DNA of 56,592 nt, filler included, from Basidioascus undulatus (Eukaryota): NCBI GenBank assembly GCA_000826855.1. It is 6 parts of 6 records of this genome, joined end to end, with 100 filler letters (N's around TTAATTAATTAA, not from the genome) between each part and the next. Parts side by side here need not be neighbours in the genome. Positions count along the whole stretch, not along the records: positions 47,291 to 56,592 come from JTLS01001263.1; 5 more parts are not named here. One strand, written 5' to 3'. The translations under genes and the position numbers were made by a program. The notes under the pieces are model-generated. The model was not told the origin of the DNA and made no database searches. It saw only the letters and a list, made by a program, of their open reading frames with translations. How positions within the stretch are numbered: the stretch's first letter is position 1; every line of letters starts with the position of its first letter. Positions 51,813 to 56,592 of this stretch are shown here, in pieces.

Positions 51813-54222
51813 ATGTCCCACTCGACTTTCACCGCTCCAACGCCTCCGCCGGCGGTTGATCTCAGCGGGCATCTTTCGAGGGCTGCCCGCGAGCGCGCCG
51901 CGGCCGTCTCCAACGAAAAATTTGTAAAGCGTCCGGGCAACAAAGTACGTGGACTCCTGCACCCAGACTGGTTGAAGCTGAACGTACCTCCCTTTCCTCT
52001 AGGATCTCATCGACCTCGACGGTGGACATCCGCCGCCCGAGTACTACCCCTTCCAGCGCCTGAGAACCGACGCGCAAGCCTCCAACGCTTTCGAAAGCGC
52101 CCTCTCGCTGCCCCGCAGCTCGTCCGACATCCTCTCCTGGCTCTCGGGCAAGAAGGACGACAAACTGGCAGCGCATGAGGCCGTGGTCCCTCTCCGGCAG
52201 AGGGACCCGTCCGAGGGTTTCGAGTTGCTTACCGCGTTCGACTACAGTACGTGATTTCCAATCGACAGGTAGCGAAGGCGATGTTTCTAACGCGTTCGAA
52301 ACAGGCCCCATCACCGGTCTCCCACTCCTCGCCTCCTTCATCCGGTCGTTTGTGGGCCGCGTGCACAAGCCAGCTTACGCAGACTGGGGCACGCTCGTCA
52401 ACATCGGCTCGACATACGGAATCGATGCCGTTTTCGACCTCCTGCTCGACCCCGGCGACGGGTGGCTCACGGACGAGTACACTTACTCCGGCGCAATCGC
52501 GCAGGGGCAGCTCAAGAACCTGCGGAGCGTCGGGGTACCGGCGGACTCGGATGGTGTGCTTCCGAACGAGCTGGTCAAGGTTCTTGAGGAGTGGGATGAA
52601 GCGAAGAGGGGGTTCAAGCGGTGGGTCCAAATCGTGCGCTCAGGCAGTGCTGCGACAGAAAGCTGAACGACCGCCGACTGCGCAGGCCTCATGTTTTCTA
52701 TACGTATGTTGAGCTGGGCTCAATACAAAACTTCTGCCCCTGAAACTAGGGGGGATTCAGTGTGTCCGCAGCGCAGAACCCCACCGGCATCACCCTCCCC
52801 GCCGAGCGCAAAAAGGCGCTCCTGGCGGTGGCCAGCAAGTTCGATCTGATCATCATCGAAGATGACCCGTGAGCCGGGCCTCACATCATGCCTCTTCAAC
52901 TTTCGACCTGACACTGCAGACGTTTCTCTCAGATACTACTTCGAGCAGGCCGGACCCTACTCGACCACTGCCGCAGCTGGCGACAAGGCTGAGGCCACCG
53001 ATGCAGAGTGGCTCGACTCGCTTCAGCCAAGGTAGGACTCCAACGCTCCAACGACTACTTTTCCATCTGATGAAGCCTCAACCTTTCCCCATTTTATTAG
53101 CTTCCTCCGTTATGATACGGAAGGCCGTGTCATTCGGCTGGACACCTTTTCAAAGGTGCGTTGGGCGCGATGTTTCCAATTCCCGCTCAACTCTACTTGA
53201 TCTTTCTCCTTTCTTCTTCGGTCTCCCAGACTTTTGGCCCTGGATCACGCCTCGGCTTCTTCACGACGAGCCCCGTTCTTCTGAAGCACCTTCAGCTTGC
53301 GGCGTCAGCTACCACGCAATTCCCCTCGGGTCTCACCCAGGTTGGTCTACAGCTTCGCACACGTCCTCCATTCAAATTATACAACTGTTAACTCACCCTT
53401 AAAAACACCTTTCCTAAAGGCACTCATCGGTCAGCTTCTTCTCGACTGGGGTCAAGACGGCTACATCCGCTGGCTTCGGTACGCTCTTCAGCTCCTGAAT
53501 TACGCCCGCAAGCCGAATCTCTCGTAAATTTCAGGGGCTTGACGAACAACTACAAGTCCCGGCGCGACAACGTTCTCAAATTCCTGGCTAGCGAGTTCCA
53601 TACTGCTTACTCTCCCGAGGGCGAGGCTGTCGTTCGAGGTTTCGTCAACGAGGCAGCGGAACAGCCCCTCGTCTCCTGGACTCAGCCAGCGTAAGTGTTT
53701 GACGACGGACATCTCCACAGTAGCATTCATAACTGACCTCCTTACTCTTTAAGCGGTGGCATGTTCGTCTGGATCCGAGTGCGTCCAGACTCGCTCCTCG
53801 TGGTCTTCACGTGCAACGCTTCTCGACTGCTTATGCAGACCTTTTCTTCCAGGTTCATCTTGCTCAACACCCCTCATTCGTGACCCTGTCCTCTCGGATT
53901 GGCCTCACGAAGACGAAGCAGCGCCTGAACGACGGGCTGTACTTCCGTATCCAAGGTGCCGGCGTCCGGCTGCGCGCAGGCGAGCTGTTCGCTGCCGACA
54001 GCGATGAGGTTCGGGACGAGAGGGGTGAAACGGATGGATTCTTGAGGCTCAGTTACTCGACCGCCGAGGTACGCTTGTTTGTGTTTTAAGACGAATTTGG
54101 TACTGATGCAGAGGCATTTGGGCACCGATCAGGCTTCCGAGCTGCTGAAGGCGGTCAAGATCATCGCGAAGGAAGTGAAGGGGTTCTTCGAGGAAGAGAT
54201 TTCGGAGCAGGCCGAGGCGTGA
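51813..54222 (+). CDS. PLP-dependent class I aminotransferase (Aro8 / 2-aminoadipate transaminase-like), multi-exon
   Basis: DLDGGHPPPEYYPF, GLPLLASFI, LLDPGD..LTDEYTY, QNPTG, IIIEDDP|YYF, GRVIRLDTFSK|TFGPGSRLG (PLP lysine), GGMFVW and FLRLSYS; TGA at 54220-54222. Confidence 0.93.
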
Positions 54223-54249
54223 GAGGCACAGGGGAATCCAGTGCAGAAC

Positions 54250-54689
54250 GTTCATGAACTCCATTGAGTAGTGCGCCCGCCTCGTCGTTCTTCCTCGGCG
54301 ACACGGCTTCGGCCCCCCCTCCCAATCCAGAATGCGCGTCATCCGTCCCAGAAGCTTATCGCCACGCGGTCAACGAACTCCTGGCTCTTCTCCGTCTCGG
54401 CATGGTCGTAGTGGTTGCACCCTCGGCGAACTGGGAGTGCAGCTCGGGCGTCTGCGCTTGGGCGATGAAGCGCGCGGAGTGCGCGACGAAGGAGGGGAGC
54501 CGGACGGCGGAGAGGAAGGAAGAGATCCGGGAGGGGGAGCAGACGGTTAGGAGCCGGTAGAGCGCTTCGGCGGTCATGGATGAGGAGGGGTCGCCTGGGG
54601 AGGAGTGCAGCCACAAGAGTGCCGCGAGGGGGATCGCGTGCGGGTGATACGCGATCTCGCTGGAGAAAGGGATTGAGACGGAGAATCAT
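54250..54689 (-). pseudogene. Possible decayed small ORF, product unknown
   Basis: GC-rich coding-like blocks in changing frames (MTAEALYRLLTVCSPSRISSFL..., KSQEFVDRVAISFWDG). Confidence 0.25.
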
Positions 54690-55699
54690 GGTACGAGATC
54701 AGCTACCGTGCGCCCAAACGCGCATACGCACTTACGGACCATCCCTGACCTGCTGGATTAAAGATTCGAAGATCCATTACGGTGGGCTTATCAAGGTGGA
54801 TATTTCTGGACATAGCCGCCTTGTCGTTCCAGCCATCGGGGGACGCAGCCGAATGATGGCCAGCTTGCGTAGTGAACGTGGTCCGACTCCCAAAACTTGT
54901 CCATTTTCCGAGCTGGGAACACAGAAGCACCACGCTAATTAGTCGTTCCCCAACTTTCATTGAACGGACTCGAAACGACAAGTCAGCGGTCTGTCCGCAA
55001 GGGCTCGCTGGATCATGACTGGTCTGTACGCAGTGTCGGGCTGCGTGTTCAAACGGAGGGCTAGGATCCGCTGTGCAGTTGCGAATCGGGAGGCTTGGAA
55101 AGGTCCTTACGGAAATTCCGCTTTCACGGGGATCACGCGTAGAGTGAATATGAGCTGAAAGGCGACGCTTTCAAAGCTGTGCCGCAGCAGTCGATGACAG
55201 ATCACTATTCCACGGAGTCCGGCTGCCCCCCAGCCTTGTGCACGGAGTTGGTCAGACACAGTATTAACGATACATACAGCGCCGTTTATTGTAGGCATTC
55301 TGCAACACGAGGCAAGACAAGACGTGCATCGTTCGGAATCACCACCTCACAGGCTGCAGTGCGTCTTCATGCCCGCCTGGCAACGCGTCCACCCATCCAT
55401 TCACCGCCAGCTCTCTCCCCTTTCGATATCCATAAAGTCGTCACCAGCACCCAAATTGACGCAATATGTCTGTCCACGTGTTTACCGACACTCGTCTGGG
55501 GAGCGCGCTACCCCGCGTACCCCTGAATGAAGCCACGGAAAGGCGAAGTGTAACGGCGGCCGCGTGGCCCTGCAGTCGCCCGAACAGTCCTCGACGTTAT
55601 CGCTTGGACGGCAACCATCATCATCTACAACATCCCCAACGACCTTCCTTCTATCACACATAGCACAGAGTAGCATATTAGCACATCTTGCGACCGAGG

Positions 55700-56592
55700 A
55701 TGGCTTCCTCTCCATCCGCGGCGGCGGCGGCGGACCACCGCAAGTGGGTCGGTCCGTGACCTTTCTGGCTGGCCATCTCCCGCGCTGGGCTCGGACGCTG
55801 ATGCGCCGTGGCGGGGGGATGGTGCAGGGTCGATGGCGCGGGATCCGTGGACTATGTACAGGTGCGTGTCTGGCTCCGGAAGGGAGCGGGCGGCGACTGA
55901 CGGTGGATGGAGGATGCGGTGGACAGTAACCGAAGCGAGGACTACGAGCTCCTCGCGCACATAGGCTCCGGCGCATCTTCCATCGTCTATTCCGCGCTCT
56001 TCCGCTCTTCCCTAGACGCAGAGCCCATCCCCTGGTCCGTCTTTCCTCTCCCCACCCCCACCCCTGCCTTCCTCCCATCTGCTGACGGAGAGGGGACACA
56101 TCACATGGAACAGCGCAGTGAAGGTGATCGACATCGACCTCTTCAGCCGACACCAGTTTGAGCTCCTCCGGCGCGAGCTGCAGCTTCTCAGCCTGAGCAA
56201 GCACGAGAAGGTCTTGCGCGTGCGCGGGCTGTGGGTCGAGGGGCACAAGTTGCATATCGCGACAAGGCTGATGAATGCCGGTGCGCTTTACTCTTCCTCC
56301 ACTCTTTAGTTTCTTTGGATGTAGGGCGGGCCGCTGAGGAGGTTCGGGGGACAGGGAGCGTCCTGGATATCATGCAGTATGCGCACTCCGATGGGCTCGA
56401 GGAGACTGTGATCGCTACGATCCTGAAACAGGCTTTGGAAGGGCTCGAGTGCGTGCATCTCCCCTTTCCCCTCATCCTCTCCTCTCCCAGCCCTCATTTC
56501 ACCTTTCTCCCCACACAGCTATCTTCACACCGTCCGTCCTCCTTCTTTTCTTCTTCCTCTATATTTCTCACAAATTTCCCCCTTCTCCCGAG
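55700..56592 (+). CDS. STE20-family Ser/Thr kinase, OSR1/SPAK (Fray)-like, 3'-truncated; exact start uncertain
   Basis: EDYELLAHIGSGASSIVYSA, C|AVKVIDID, LRRELQLLSLSKHEKVLRV, MNAG|SVLDIMQYAHSDGLEETVIATILKQALEGL and |YLH. Confidence 0.88.

Noticed and set aside
52185..52207. Perfect 9-bp hairpin GGTCCCTCT/AGAGGGACC
   Set aside because: It is inside a coding exon of the aminotransferase, and one such stem is expected by chance in GC-rich sequence.

Overview
Eukaryotic fungal DNA: GC-rich exons and many short GT..(GCTGAC/GCTAAC)..YAG introns, most like a basidiomycete yeast of the Pucciniomycotina/Microbotryomycetes (inference). The window is not one locus. It is six contigs of about 9.3-9.4 kb joined by an artificial 100-nt linker (44 N + TTAATTAATTAA + 44 N), so neighbours across a linker are not linked and several genes are cut at contig ends. 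Recognisable genes: RNA polymerase I largest subunit, a 24-exon MFS sugar porter, UBR7-like, a fungal transcription-factor fragment, a Pumilio-repeat protein, a two-finger GATA factor, a GH1 beta-glucosidase, a PWI-domain RBM26/27-like protein, an atypical SDR, an Aro8-like aminotransferase, an OSR1/SPAK-like STE20 kinase, tRNA-Gly(GCC) with a 7-nt intron and tRNA-Glu(CTC). Most notable: (1) a four-copy, ~1.1-kb tandem array of an unrecognised small two-helix membrane protein gene with a conserved upstream block; (2) a chimeric CAP64/CAS3-like x CE12 SGNH esterase (pseudo)gene whose junction is back in frame through a 5-nt duplication; (3) a hAT-type MITE with TIRs and an 8-bp TSD beside tRNA-Glu; (4) a non-LTR retrotransposon relic with a precise 5' inversion; (5) many decayed accessory ORFs. 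Gene models were spliced by eye and family calls come from motif recognition, not database searches.
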